From contig NC_068990.1 in NCBI RefSeq assembly GCF_001194135.2, positions 93,236,746-93,300,745 of the forward strand: a DNA stretch of 64,000 nt, given 5' to 3'. The notes under the pieces are model-generated. The model had not been told where the DNA came from. It searched no databases and saw only the letters and a list, made by a program, of their open reading frames with translations. The stretch's first letter is position 1; each line of letters begins with the position of its first letter. Made by a program: the position numbers and the translations under genes. Origin of the DNA: Octopus bimaculoides. Taxonomy: Eukaryota. Shown here piece by piece: positions 40,347 to 55,029 of this stretch.

Positions 40347-41016
40347 GTGAGTAAGATTGCACGATTTTCTTCTTCAAATATTCACATAAAAAAAGAAAGC
40401 ATTATCATTTATAAAATATTGCTGTTGTTGTTGTTGTTGTTGTTATTAGAGTTGGTGTTGTTGTTGTATTGTGGTTTTTTTCTAATGAATCTAATTAATT
40501 CCAGAACCATTTGATACCATAAAATGTTCGTTACCACATCAAAACATGTGTTTCGGGACAATTTGTTCCAAAACCTCAACCAAGTTCTAAAATCTAAAGT
40601 TCCAAAACATCGTTTTAAAAATTAATAAAATATAGATGATTAATAACGAATAAAGAAAACAATAAAATAAATGGGTAAAAACAACTGCATTTGTAATCAT
40701 GCGATAAAATAATATCAAGAATAAATAAGGAGAAATTTCAAAAATCATTAAATAAAAATATCTTCAGATAAAGTGAAAGATCTTTATTCTGTGAATATAT
40801 CAAAGATAACAGCCATTAGGATAACATTTATAATATAAACAGATGTCATTGCATGATAAATAGTATAATATGTAATATATAAACAGCTAAAGCAAAGTAA
40901 TTAATTAAATTTGCGAGATATTTAATCAATCATTTAATTAAACTCATCATCATTTTTGATCTTGTATTATATAAAATAATGATGATGATGACGACGACGA
41001 CGACGACGACGATCGT

Positions 41017-41217
41017 TTTTACTAATGGCACAAGGCCTGAAATTTTGGGAGAGGGGACTGGTTGATTACATCAACCCCAGTTCACAACTGGTATTTATTT
41101 TATTGACCCCGAAAGAACGAAAGACAAAGTCGACCTCGGCAGAATTTGAACTTTGAACGTAAAGACAGACAAAATACAGTTAAGCATTTCGCCTGGCGTG
41201 CTAACATTTCTGCCAGA
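41017..41217 (-). mobile_element. SINE family C
   Basis: Near-complete reverse complement of 11489-11700. Confidence 0.8.
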
Positions 41218-41860
41218 AAGCAAGTCTTATTCCCTTTGAAAGACTTCACTTACAAGTGATTTCAAGATCATTACAGGTACTCTAGGGTTGTCTGTTTCAT
41301 GCAAGGAAGTTTTTCTTACAATCAGCAACATAGGACCCAAATTGTTTGAAGTCACTGACCTTATTAAGTTGTGTGCCATCACTGTAACAGATTGGTGGTT
41401 GGCTTTGGAGGTGCTCTGAGTCGACAAGACACAAAGTTGTCAAAGCACCAGTTATCCCAGAACCCATTGCACTAATGAATCATGTGTGCTACGAACATAC
41501 ATTTGTCATAGAGAAGAAATTGCTCTCCTCTGATGAAACAGTGATTTGCTTGTTCATGTTCAAATCCTCCAGAACATAAATATGCAAGTCATTGTTTCAT
41601 CTTAACTGTTTACCCAGAAAGATGAAGCACATGGTCGTCATGGAGTTCATCTTTTTTTGCATTGAGAAACAGACAAGATTAATAGAGGACTTAGCTTAGC
41701 ACCAGCATTTTGCAATTACCTTGATATGTCATTGTTGGGCGATCTCACAGTCTTTTACCATTGCAGTTAATTGGCTGAACAATGGCCACTGTCCCACAGA
41801 GCCATCATCCTAGTTAAATCATATCTTTTGCCTAGCTGAGAATAATAACACACACACACA

Positions 41861-41893
<33 letters not shown>

Positions 41894-42738
41894 CCACATA
41901 CATACTCTTACACACACACACATACTCTCACACACTCTTACTTACCACACAGCAACTCCTGTGCTTACATATATATATATATACACATATAGTCTTCCTT
42001 CTGGAATTCTGTCTGTCTGGCTGCAATAGAGCATGTCTAAGAATAAACCCAGGGACACAATGACTTCAATAGGAGAGTGTTTTGAGTAAAGCCAGGTTTT
42101 ATCTTAATCTTTTTGCTATTATTTACTCTTGAAGTGGTCTCTGTTGCCAGATGCACCTCTACATACCATCTCACACACAACAACACCACAAACAATTCAT
42201 TCACTATATTAATCAAAAATAGTATCAACTGTGTAATTGTAATAACATTGTTTCTCTCGTTATTATTGATCATAATTATTCATTATACTTTCTTAAATAT
42301 GTTGTCTCACCTTTTCACTGATAAACTCTGATGTTTTGGCTCCAAACAGACAGGGTTTCAGACAGCCGTTGTATGGTTCCTAGTTATTGGTAAAGGTTAA
42401 CTCTCAGGTGTCTGTTCACTCTTTAGCATTTCACAGCATACATATCTTATCTATCAACAGTTTGAAAATGCATTGTGGGAAATTGAAATCGTGGGACTAA
42501 TTTCTGTTTTCTAGTAAATATATTGGAACGCTTTTCTGTATTAAATTTCATAGTCTTAATGTTTTGTGTATACAGAAATAATTTTGTATCGAATTTAAAA
42601 GTCAAATAATTGAAATTTTTCCATTTAAAAAAAAAAAATTTTTGTAAATGGCTCTCAATTTTATCTAAATTAACTAAGAAAAATAATTAAATATTATGAG
42701 AATAAAATTTTTGTAAAAATTATCACACAAAATGCATA

Positions 42739-42773
<35 letters not shown>

Positions 42774-42989
42774 AATGCAACTAAAATCTTGCAATATTTT
42801 TTTTTTCTCCGTGTGTCATTGAAAAATTAATGACTGTCAATTCAAAGCATGATTATCTTGAGTTTTCTGTAGAAATGGTCTCTTCCAATTTTGATTATCA
42901 GTCACATAGAATTAAGTCTGAAATTCTTTCATGTGTAATCGCTTACTCTAAGTGCAGCATATTTGGCCATTCTGTGAGACAATGAATCA

Positions 42990-43160
42990 GAAGCAATATG
43001 CTTTCTTGTAGAGATTGATATTAAAGGATTTATTGGAATTGGGGTTCACTCAATGCTAAAACTCTTGGACTGGCTGCAAAAGAGTGAAAAGATGTTGCTA
43101 GAAAATTGTCAGTAGCCACTGAGGAAGCAAAAGTCATTGCATCTGGTTCAAGAGAAAGCA
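42990..43160 (+). mobile_element. Possible C-terminal relic of a restriction-like-endonuclease (RLE) retrotransposon
   Basis: ICFLVEIDIKGFIG...LK, then after a frameshift LGLAAKE*KDVARKLSVATEEA; resembles the xPVEVGxRGF...LG...A-E-xAS end of RLE-type LINEs. Confidence 0.35.
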
Positions 43161-43449
43161 TGAGTGATGCTGCAAGAATAAGCATTGACGATGATAGAAA
43201 CATCTGGTCCCAGAGTCACAACATCTGACTCGACAAAGCTTGTACTGTTGTGCAGGGACTTAGTTGCCTACATCACGGGATGACCCCAAGATGCTTTGGC
43301 ATTTCAGTTGAAGGGGCCAAAACACTTACAGAGCCACTTCACCCCCTGAAGTGAGACATCCTGCATTTGGAGACAGACTGCAGCTGCACCCCCCAGCACA
43401 CAAATCGTTGACCCTAAATGCACTCAAAATTTAGGAATATGATTTCATA

Positions 43450-43915
43450 GGCTACCCTTGGGGTCTTCTATCAATCCTCAGTGATCATTCATCTGCACAT
43501 GATATCCTATTGGCTGGAATAACATCTCTTTCTGTGGCAGACTGACTGCCACTCATGTACGCAAGTCTGTTCAGTCCACTTCACTGATGTTTATCCAATA
43601 CGAATGGCTATTGACATAAGCTGTATACAAAGAGTTAATTCTATAAGTATTGATAGAGTTGAAGTTTTGCCAAACGATTATGGTGAAATTATGATTAAAT
43701 ATAATTCTGCAATGCAATCTAAGGAAGTTCAGAATTACAGATGGATTTAGGAGTCGTCATTTTAATAATCACTTTGTCAGTGAAGTACGTTCTTGCCATA
43801 TTACTGTTCCAGCCTCAGTGCTACTTCATGCTGTGATTAAAACCATTTTTGTTTACTTACATCTTAAGAGGAAAGATAGACTGGAGAATGAATTCTTATT
43901 TTGTGTGTGTGCATG

Positions 43916-43984
<69 letters not shown>

Positions 43985-44960
43985 CCTTCTGCTTTTACCC
44001 TGGTCCCTCAACTCATGAAGAAGCTGTTGCATTAGAGCCATGGCTACATGTCTCAGGCGTTTGAGACTTGATGGAGCCTTTCCCTTTCCAGCTCTGAATG
44101 TAGCCAGTCTCTTCAAGAGTGAAAAGCTATCAAACCACAGTGTGACTGCAACTGACAATGTCAATACTGCATTTATCCATTCTTATAAAACTGATGAACC
44201 ATTCACAAACCTAACTCTGCTTAATAACCAGCATTTGATGCTCAAAAGAGGATATTTTGGTAAATAAGCCAAACCTGCTAGTTTCATTTTCGTTTCCATG
44301 CCTCACCTCACCTCACCTCTGGCCATCAATGTTTTTGTAGTGATGGAAAGAATATGATTGCAAGTACAAGTTGCTGAAACAGGATTCCTATGATGGATCT
44401 CTGGAATAACATTACTCGAGATGGTGCATAGTTTGGATATCAAAGACTCTCTCCCAGTCAAGTTGTTGCCTCTCCACTTTGAGAGGTCACAACTCTGGTG
44501 CTATGAATGTTGCAGGAAAGAATCACAAGATGGATTCTTCAAACCAAGCCAGTCAGTTGGAGACTTAGGGGTAAACCAAAAATGGAAAGTGTAATGATGG
44601 GTGCTTCTGATAGGACCCCCACAATGCACCCACCACCTACAACCGAGCCAAGAATAGGGAGCAGAGGAAATGGGTGAACGGTTGGTTTATTCTCAAATAC
44701 TGAGCTATTTTGGAATCCCGTTTATTAGGAACGAAATGTATTTCTGCAGAAACATATTAGTGAGGATGATCTTCCAGCACATTTTCATCTATTTTGGATG
44801 GATTATGGAAACAAACCTGTGAAATGCTTCTGTCTGTTGCTTCAAAATACGCTCAGTTTCATTGATCCAAGTGGACCCCATTTTCAGAATTAAGAGGAAC
44901 AACAGATGATCAGCAAGGACCAAATATATGTCTTAAAAAGTTGTACATTGATTTAGAATC
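43450..44960 (-). mobile_element. Highly degenerate RTE-BovB-like LINE fragments
   Basis: Minus strand about 44740-44960 reads IFGP..SSVVPLNSENG...HFTGLF.HNPSKIDENVL (pre-RT region). About 43450-43600 resembles the C-terminal W-x-GH...LPK...R-x-QG-x-P segment. Intervening sequence unassigned. Confidence 0.4.
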
Positions 44961-44974
44961 CCATCACTTGCGAT

Positions 44975-45055
44975 GACAACGATGACAACAACAATGACAA
45001 CAACAATGACAACAACAATGACAACAACAATGACAACAACAATGACAACAACAAT
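44975..45055. repeat. 9-bp tandem repeat (ACAACAATG)n
   Basis: Directly visible, about 8 units. Confidence 0.85.
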
Positions 45056-45488
45056 CCCACTTCAGTTTGGCTCACTCGAACGTGTCTCATGTGGTCTGAG
45101 TTGGAAAAGCCTAAGTTATGTGGTGGAGTGCATGCGTACTTGGACGAAATAATTGAGCTTCACTTGGAGTGAGACAGGGGCTGTTGGGTGGATGAATGAC
45201 ATGATGGAGATGAAAGTAGTTGTGTGTACCCACCCTAACCACCCTTAATACACAAAGCAATGATCAGCATAGTGATGATGACTGTGATGATGCTATGTGA
45301 CATATATATATGTGTGTGATACACAACTTGTGCGAAGCAGTCCTGTTGATGGTGGTGGTGGAGGTGAGGGCTGGTTTTGATGATGGGAGTGGTGATGATG
45401 ATGATGATGATGATGTTAACCTTTACAAATGACATTCTTTAGATTGTTGTTGTTGCTGCTGTTGTTGTTGTTGTTGTTGTTGCTGTTG

Positions 45489-45520
<32 letters not shown>

Positions 45521-46317
45521 GGTATTAGTTGGGATGGTGGCAATGATCTTTACTATAACCATCACTATCACCACCACCACTAACAAAACCAGTCCCACCG
45601 CCATTATTACCATTGCTATCAACATTTTACCACCACCACCACCACCGTCACATAAACCAATAATTTATCCTTTGTACAATTCTGGATCTGAGTTTGAGAG
45701 AGTGTGTGTGTATGCATGTGTGTTGCAAGTATGTACTTGTGTGTGTCCGTGTGTCAATCACTGTCCCTTCTAAACTTTCTGCATATATATATGTGCACAT
45801 AACTCTTGCAAGCTGCATACAAACCAAATTAACATACACAGAAAAGAAATTAATGGTCACAAAAGGTTAATTACCTAAAATAATGTAGTAATTAATAATT
45901 ATACTCATTAGCTATTCAGTGCACACACACACACACGTATCATTGTCAGAAAGGAAAGGAAATAAAAATTTACTCAACAAAAGTCTTTTCTACACATTTG
46001 ACTAGAGAGAACTTTGATGTGTGTGTGTGGTTGTGTGTTTGAGTTTGGGGGGGGGGGCTTGTGTGTGTGAGTGTGTTTGTGTGTGTGTTTGAGTTTTTAT
46101 GTGTGTGTGTGTTTGTGTGTGTATATTTAGCGCCCAAGTAGGCTGTGGCAGGATTTGAATTCTGAATGTTAACGGCTGGAACAAATACAGCTTGTTATTT
46201 GATCTGACATTCTTACAGTCGCACCAATGCAACACTTTCAACTGGTGTCTTTTTCATCAATCCTGAAGGCATCAAAAATAAATTTGACCCCAGCAGGATT
46301 TGAATTCAACCACCATC

Positions 46318-46540
46318 CGATCGTGGTCGATGCCAGCTCCTCTGGCCCCTGTGCTGGTGGCACGTAAAAAGCACCCACTACACTCTCAGAGCGGTTGGCA
46401 TTAGGAAGGGCATCCAGCTGTAGAAACATTGCCAGATCAGATTGAGGCCTGGTGCAGCCTCCTGGCTTCCCAGACCCCAGTCAAACCGTCCAACCCATAA
46501 TAGCATGGAAAACGGACGTTAAATGATGATGATGATGATT
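46318..46540 (+). mobile_element. 5'-truncated RTE 3'UTR copy
   Basis: Near-consensus blocks and (gat)n tail. Confidence 0.82.
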
Positions 46541-46697
46541 TTGTCCAGCACTGGTAATTCTAACATTTGACCTTTTATATGTGTGTATATATAAATGTGT
46601 ATGTGTATATATGTGCATATGTGTGTGTCTGTGTATACATACATACATACATACATATGTATACACACACAATATCTTATTGACAAGTTTAGATGTT

Positions 46698-46760
<63 letters not shown>

Positions 46761-47135
46761 CTCCTCTTCTCTCTGTTGCCTTAATTCTAAAGAAAAATTA
46801 CTTGAAACACAAAGAGATTCTTCCTTCTCTTTCTGACAGTTTGATGAGTGTAAAAAAAAAAAGTTTGTGTAACGATTTTTAATAAAGATAAAACTCCATG
46901 AGAACCCAGCTGTGAGAGAATAGATTTGTTAAGACACACACACACCATTACAGCATTTTGCTGGCAATCATTGCAGAACACACACACACACACACACATC
47001 TACACCCATCTGTAGGCGTTTGTAGAAACTTTAATAAACACGAAATTGTTCACTTTGTTGTATATCTGTTCTTTTATTATCACCAGCATACAAAACGTAA
47101 ACAAGAATATAATAGCTTTTGCAAGAGAAATAATG

Positions 47136-47167
<32 letters not shown>

Positions 47168-47476
47168 TATTTTGTTGAGAATTTATAGCAAATATTAAAT
47201 TGAAGTAAAAGTGATGACATATAATGGTATGACTGGAATTGCAATACCTGAGTATTGCATTCATCAAAAAATAATAACTTTAAGTGCAGCAGAAGATGGT
47301 ATTGGCCCTCCTCTGTCAACAGAGCCTGAAACACAAACACAGAAATCCATGTAAGCAAAGGTTGAATATGCAACCATTGCTTTTACTGAGAGCAGAAAGA
47401 AATTATGTAACGTTGCTTATAACACAGTAATTATGAGATTCAACATCATTTCATATACATACATACACACACACAG

Positions 47477-47567
<91 letters not shown>

Positions 47568-47724
47568 TATGTGTGTGTGTGTGTGTATACATATATGTAT
47601 ATATAATAATATAAATAATATATAAATATAAGCATATATACATGCATATATGTACATACCTACATATATATGGTATACATGCATGCATATATGGGTACAG
47701 GACATCAAAAAATGTTAAACGCAA

Positions 47725-47875
47725 TGAGTGGTTGGCATTAGGAAGGGCATCCAGCTGTAGGAACTTTGCCAGATTAGATTGGAGCCTGAGGCAGCCACTG
47801 GCTTTCCAGACCTCCGTCAAACGGTCGAACCCATGGAAAGGGGACGTTAAACGACGATGATGATGATGATGATGC
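47725..47875 (+). mobile_element. 5'-truncated RTE 3'UTR copy
   Basis: gagtggttggcattaggaagggcatccagctgtag...gacgttaaacgac(gat)n. Confidence 0.8.
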
Positions 47876-49064
47876 ATGCATGCATGACAGACCTCTTCAG
47901 TTTCCCTCCAGTCCATTCACATGATTCTGGTTGGCCTGGGGGTTGCCCAAAGTGCCACACAGTGCAACTGAACTGAAACAATGTGGTTGGTGGGTCTTTT
48001 GCACATCTTCTACCCACCAAATTCCATTCATAAGGGATTGGTCAGTGTTAGGCTACAGCATTAAACACTTGCCCAAAGTGTTACGGTGCAGAATCAAGTT
48101 AATGCAGCAAAATGTTCCCCTGGGGATCCATTTTGGTTAAGCTTCCATTTGCACTTGGAACATCGAATGCAGGCTTCCAAGCAACCTGAAGGGCGAAACA
48201 TACACAGGGACTAATCGTTAACTTGTGGTCATCGTAATCTCTCCTACGTTTGTTCTCTCTCTCGTATTTAGAAATAGTATTCAGGGTGGTAGTAACTAAA
48301 CCACAAACAGGATTACGATAATCTATGTGGAGTTGTAAGTTTAACGCTAGTCGTCATACATCTATTTGTACAGACAAGAGATTATGATGGACATCAGTTT
48401 ATGTTGTTGGTTCCCTGTGTCCATCTCACTGGTTCTTTGGAACAACAGCATTGGATGTTCTAAGTACAGTTGGATGCTTAACTACAACAGCAGAGAAACG
48501 CTGTTCTGTATTAACACTGTTGGGGCAAATGAAATTGAAATCGAAATCGTAATTGAACCGTATTTGATCACTGGCACCTGTGCCACTGAAGCACTAACAG
48601 CACTGTCCGAGCGTGATCATTGCCAGAGCAGCTGTCTGGTTTCCATGCCAGTGGCATGTAAATAGCACCATTTGAATGTGATCATTACTAGCGTCGCCTT
48701 ACTGGCACTTAAAGAAAGAAAGAAAGAAAGAACCAAGTGAAAGAAAGAAAGAACCAATCCAGCACTGAATTGGTGCTTATTTTATTGATTCTGGAAGGAT
48801 GAAGTAGAAGGTTGATCTTGGTTAGATTTGAACTTACATCATAAAGAATTGGTTCAAACACAACAAGGCATTCTATTCAATACATTATTGACTCTGCTCA
48901 CTCACTGTCTTGATTACGTTTGTGTGTCTGTGTTTAAGTGTGTGTATGAATCTGTGTGTGTGTGTGTGTGTACGTCTCTCTATGCATGTATGCATTTGTG
49001 TATGTTCCTTTATGCATGTCTTTCTCTCTCTCTCTCTCTCTATCTCTTTGTATGTATATATATC

Positions 49065-49095
<31 letters not shown>

Positions 49096-49187
49096 ATGTA
49101 TGTATGTATATACCCCCTGTTATCTATGTATATATCTGCAAATTTGTTGATGTGTTTTAGTTAGTTTATGGATGTTTGGCATGAAAA

Positions 49188-49231
<44 letters not shown>

Positions 49232-49251
49232 ATTTGCTCATATCTGCAGGT

Positions 49252-49286
<35 letters not shown>

Positions 49287-49699
49287 GTGGGTAATGCTGT
49301 CGTGATAACTACCAAACAATTTTATGTATGAAATGTCATTTAAAGGTCAGTATCATGATTGTACTTAGACTAATGCCTCTATTATTGTTGTTGTTATTAT
49401 TATTGTTGTTATTGTTGTTGTCATTGTTGTTAATATTATTGTTGTTGCTGTTTTTGTTATTATTATTCAGCTTCCTTTAGTGTGACAGTCATGATTTTAG
49501 AACTTCCGTTTGTGTCACAGTGGTCAAAGCTTGGATCAGCCATGCACTGATTGGAAACATGATTTACATAACAATCATTCCTATGGAGACAGACATCTCA
49601 ATTACTTAATTCATTAGTCATAAACCACTTTTCTAGTTTTAATTCATTCACATCAATTTAGTGACCTCACTGCTGATAGTGACATATCGAAAACACCCA

Positions 49700-49870
49700 G
49701 TCCACACCCTGTAAAGCGGTTGGCATTAGGAAGGGCATCCAGCCCCATAGAAACCAAGCCAAAGCAGACACTGGGGCTTGGTGCAGTCTTCTGACTCGCC
49801 AGCAACCGTCAAACTGTCCAACTCCTGCCAGCAAGGAAGGCAGATGTGAAATGATGACGATGACACTGAT
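49700..49870 (+). mobile_element. 5'-truncated RTE 3'UTR copy (degenerate)
   Basis: ggttggcattaggaagggcatccagc...gccagcaagg...atgatgacgatgac. Confidence 0.7.
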
Positions 49871-50119
49871 CCCATGCTTTTCTTGACCAAAACTGGACAG
49901 TTGAGCCTCTTAAGACTACAGATCTGCATCTGGACTGTTCCAAGACCTGCTGTTGCCCTGGTATGCAAATCTCCTCTTTCTTTATGCCACTGATGGTGTC
50001 CAAGGAATAAACAAATACCAGAAAACCTATCAAAGAAGTTGTTCTCACAGCACAAGGAACCAGAACATCTATTTTTAATTGTTTTAATTAATTAAATACA
50101 TTAGCACTGATCTTAGCTA

Positions 50120-50422
50120 TGTTTGAGCATGATCATTGCCAGTGCTGCCTGACTGGCTCCCGTGCCAGTGGCACGTAAAATGCACCATTCGAGTGTGGTT
50201 GGTGCTAGTGCCAGCTGACTGGTCCCTGTGCTGGTGGCACATAAAGAGCACTCACTACACTCTCGGAGTGATTGGTGTTAGGAAGGGCATCCAGCTGTAG
50301 AAATATTGCCAGATCATATTGGAGCCTGGTGCAACCTACTGGCTCACCAGTCCTCAGTCAAACCATCCAACCCATGCCAGCATGGAAAGCGGATGTGAAA
50401 CGACGATGATGATGATGATGAT
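50120..50422 (+). mobile_element. 5'-truncated RTE 3'UTR copy
   Basis: Subrepeats plus core and (gat)n tail. Confidence 0.82.
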
Positions 50423-51784
50423 TTTATGATTGTTTGTGGGTGGCTTTAATGTTTTGTTGTGGTAATGTATTTTGTAATGATGCAAGTGAATACATCTCTG
50501 ACTATTAACCGTTCAACCATGAAGTAACAGACTCTTTTTAACCCTTTTGTTGCCATATATTTCTGTTGAAATAAATGGCTTTTGTTTCAAATTAATTTTG
50601 AAAATAAAAAATTTATTGAAATTACTTTGTCAATATTAAACTGATTTTGGAAAATGTGAGCAACTGGTTCTTGTTATCAAAATTATTTGCTTCCAAACTT
50701 TTTTATTTGTTTAATTCTTTTATTACCATATTTTGTTGAACTCTGCTGCCTTTATTTAGATTCATTTTGATAGTATGAAGAATATAATAATAATAATAAT
50801 AATAAATTATCGTTTTTAAGCTGATATTTTAAATATGAATTCACATGAAATTTTGATGGTAGAATTTAACTTAAATCACTTTAAAACAGAATTTGTATCA
50901 TAGAACTTGGGTCAGTCTCTGGCATGTTAGTACCCAAAATTTAGAGTCTTAGTTCGAGGAGAACAGCACAATAACTATAGTAAGATTTGAACTTATAACC
51001 ATATGGCTAGTAGTTCTGCTCTTTAACCTTATAAATAATATATTATCAAATTTCCTCCATAAAATGACATTTTCTTGGATTTTATTTTCCAATTTACATA
51101 AATTTCCTTACAAACTAAATTCAGTTTTCTTAAAAAACGCTGACATTGTTTTCTTTTAAACTTTTTTCGTGAAACATTTTTATTTTATTTCTATTTCTAT
51201 CCTTCCGTTCAATATATCTCCGTTCACTTTGATTTTCAGTATTCTTTTGGTCTATAGCAGTAAATCTATCAATCTACCAAAGATTAAATCTTTAATAATC
51301 TTTCATATTAATGGCAAATGCTTAATCTATTGTGTTCTACAGAGAGCAACAACAACTCTGTTGCTTTCCGGAAATATGCTGTGGGCAGCAGTAAACTTTC
51401 AAAGAAATTACTAGAATGTTCTAAATATGTGCATTTATAAAGAGAAGAGGAGAAGAGAGGAGAGAGGGGTCAGCATGTTGAAATCTATATTAAAATATTT
51501 AGAAATCTTCCATGTTCTCCTATCATCTGTGATTAGTTATCACTTAGTTTAGCTATAAATAAATGCAGATATTTCATGCTGTCTCAAAGCCACAAGCTTC
51601 CCAAGAAAAGCAGGTATAGCCATGTGGATAAGAAGGTTTGCTCTGTAACCATTTGGTTTGAGGTTCAGTTCCACTGCATGGCACCACCTTGGGCAAGTGT
51701 TTTTTACCACAGCCTTCAGCTGACCAGTGCCTTGGGAGTGAAATTTCACTGAAAAAAATGCATGGAAGCCTGCTCTATATGTTG

Positions 51785-52278
51785 TCATCATCATCATCAT
51801 CGTTTAACGTCCGATTTCCATGCTGGCATGGGTTGGATGGTTTGAGTGAGGACTGGCGAGCCAGAAGGCCGCACCAGGCTCCAATCTGATCTGGCAAAGT
51901 TTCTACAGCTGGATGCCCTTCTAAACGCTAACCACTCCGAGAGTGCAGTGGATGCTTTTATGTGTCACCAGTACGAGGGCCAGTCAGGCGGTTCTGGCAA
52001 CAACCACGCTCAAAAGGTGTTCTTACATGCTACCTACATGGGAGCCAGTCCGGCAGCACTGGCAATGACTACGCTCGAATGTTGTTTTTCACATGCCACC
52101 GGGACATGTGCCAGTAAGGTGACGCTGGCAACGATCACGCTCGAATGATGCTTTTCACATGTCACCAGCATAGGAGCCAATCCATGGCCCTGGCAACAAT
52201 CATCCTCAGATGTGCTTTAAACGTTCCACTGGCACGAGTGCCAATCAGGCGGCACTGTCATCAGCCACATCAGCGATA
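51785..52278 (-). mobile_element. RTE 3'UTR copy with expanded internal subrepeats
   Basis: (cat)n cgtttaacgtcc...ccatgctggcatgggttgg followed by repeated ggcaacgaccacgctcgaa-like units. Confidence 0.8.
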
Positions 52279-53187
52279 GGATATAAATATTTTGATATAT
52301 AGTTAGGCACAATATGCAAGCTGAGACCAATAAATAAAAACAAAGACACGCTATTGTATTGCCATACATTGGTTGCCTAATGCTTTGATTATATTTCAGG
52401 AAAGTTTCCTCTCATCAAATATAAGACAGAAAAATAATTCAAGCATTTGTAGAAAAAATGTTACTATCAAGAAGACTTTCTTAAACTAGAATAGAAGCAT
52501 TAAATAGTTTGCTTAGTCTTTATTTATTGGAATCACTTCATATATTTGACCTAAATTCTCACCTGCATTGCTTAAAATTTTTTTTTTTTTTTTTTTTCAT
52601 ATTTATATCATTTCACATTACAAACCTTTTAGCAAATTACAATATTCTTTTATGACTCTGTGTGTGTGTTTGTGTTTTCCTACCACCACCATCCCTCACA
52701 TGGCAACTACTTTTGGTTTGTTTAGATCTCTGTAACTTAGCAGTTCAGCAAAAGAGATCACTAGAATAAGTACCAGACTTTAAAAAAAAGTTCTGGGTTG
52801 ATTTGTCTGACAAAACAGTTTAAGGTGGTGCCCCAGCATGGCCATAGGCTAGCACCAAGCTTGGTAATGCAAACAGAATGTTATTTACATATATGTGATA
52901 TAATATAACCTATAATGTAATATAATATGATATAATATGCAATAAATAATTTCCATTTGTTTGTAAACTGAAATACATTACATAAAGATCATTGACTGAC
53001 ATGCTTCGATTTGAACTCTGACCTTTCAAAGAGCAGTTTTTATGACACAATGGTGTATCAGATAACATTTGTGTGTTTAACTCTGTTCAGATAATATATT
53101 TATCTAATGATGGTATACAACATGTTAACCATATACTTACCACATACCTAATAACAGTACACACGCACACACACACACGCACGCAAC

Positions 53188-53225
<38 letters not shown>

Positions 53226-53994
53226 TATATATGTATATATATGTATTTATTACTGTTTATTTTATGTTGACTTTAAAAAATAAAAATTTAACACAAAAGA
53301 ATTACTCAATACATTTTTTTCTCTTTTTTGTAGAGTACATATTTTGTTGTATTTTTACAAGAAGAGGGTTGACTGTAACTTTGAAGTTTCAACTTGTTAG
53401 CCCTCATCAGACTTTTGATTTCACACATACAAACACACACACACACACTCCCACTTTGTATATAATTCTCTACAAACTATATATCTAACAACATCGGAAA
53501 ATATATTTAACACTCTGCATTGAATAAATACACACACACACACCATACACACACACCACACACACACACATATGTGTAAAACAGCATTCCAGTATATATA
53601 TTACCATTCTTCTAACTGCGTGTCTAACAACAGCCACACTACACTTGTACATTTCATGTCTGTCTCACAACAGTGTTGCTGTAAAAATTCAACAAAACAC
53701 AGATCATGTCTCCAACAACAATACGGTGCAAGAGATCAGTTCTTCCATTGAGCACATTGGAGAGGCAACACTAATGTCCATAGTAGTCGTGTGCTTTGGT
53801 TAACGGCCTTCAGGGTGGTGGTGCTGGTGGTGTAGGTGGTGGCTAGAGGGACAGTAATGTATGACTGTCAGTTGTGTTAAGCTGTGTAGTATTGTTATCG
53901 ACACCACAACAACAGCAACAACATTGGTAGAAAGAATTCTATTGATAATAAAACAAATTATATAAATGGTTGCAGTAACAACATCTTTACAGCA

Positions 53995-54375
53995 TCACAA
54001 TGACATCATCATTATCATTGTTAATATCATCATCATCATCATTCTCATCATTATCATCATCATAATCGTTGTTGTCATTATTGTCATCATCGTCATCACC
54101 ATTATTTTTATCATTGTTCTCCATCTCCCCCTTCTCCTCATCATCATTATTGCCATCAATGTCATCATCATCATCGTCATCTTCATTCCACACATTCTCC
54201 CCCTCCTCCTCCTCATCATCATCATTGTCGTCGTCGTCATCTTCATTCCACACATTCTCCTCCTTCTCCTCCTCATCATCATCATTGTCGTCATCTTCAT
54301 TCCATAGATTCTCCCCCTCTTCCCCCTCCTCCTCCTCCTCCTCATCATCATCGTCGTTGTTGTTGTTGTCATCAT
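53995..54375. repeat. Complex trinucleotide (CAT/CCT) tract with about 55-60 bp higher-order units
   Basis: catcttcattccacacattctcc occurs three times within CAT/CCT runs. Confidence 0.8.
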
Positions 54376-54864
54376 TGTGTTTGTTGTTGTACAAGAAACA
54401 CATCAAATCTCCCATTTATTTATCTCAAAGAAGCGAGCGAGAGCACGGTTTGTCAGACAAATTTCCTGAAAGACAAAAACCTCCATTTAAACATTTAATA
54501 CGCTTCCAGTATTGATGTATTCTCCATCTCGGCAACTGTGGAATGTCTTTACAGAATCTACTCTATAATATTCCAATTATATTCCTTTGATGTTATAATG
54601 GCTTTAATAAAAACAGTGGAAGCCCTTACAATATCTTAGCTTCCCAATTCGCTGCAGCCAGCATTTTTATCATCGTCCAGTGTTGCTGTGTCAATAATTG
54701 AAACACCATTGTCTCCATTTGTCATACACACTTCTAATGTGTTTGTTCAATGGAAGCTGAAGATCATTCGGATTGTCAGGCTCCTCTCTGATCTCTGCAT
54801 GCTAATTGCTCCATAGAATGGCCTTTATTTTATCGACATGTTTCTTTCTTTTGTTTCTTTACAG

Positions 54865-55029
54865 AGATATCTTGAAAACAGCAATGTTGGGTCATGCATG
54901 AATGAATTACTCTCTCTTGATGCTGATGTCCATCAACGCTACAAGTTATCAGCTTCCATGGCTCTCTTCACGGCCCTGGAGTATGCTTCAGATGCTGTGG
55001 AGATAGTGAATGCAGATCATGAAATACAG
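54865..55029 (+). CDS. PDE8: PDE8 internal exon (REC-PAS linker and PAS start), 165 bp, phase 0 to 0
   Basis: Acceptor ttacag, donor gtaagc at 55030. Reads RYLENSNVGSCMNELLSLDADVHQRYKLSASMALFTALEYASDAVEIVNADHEIQ, similar to PDE8 RxxENxxxxACYNEL...KLRAC...FTAL...AIEITSxDHxIQ. Confidence 0.95.

Noticed and set aside
53987-54415. 142-aa Asp/Glu-rich minus-strand ORF resembling an acidic protein
   Set aside because: It arises from a CAT/CCT repeat that is open in several frames, has no splice or homology support, and is antisense within an intron.
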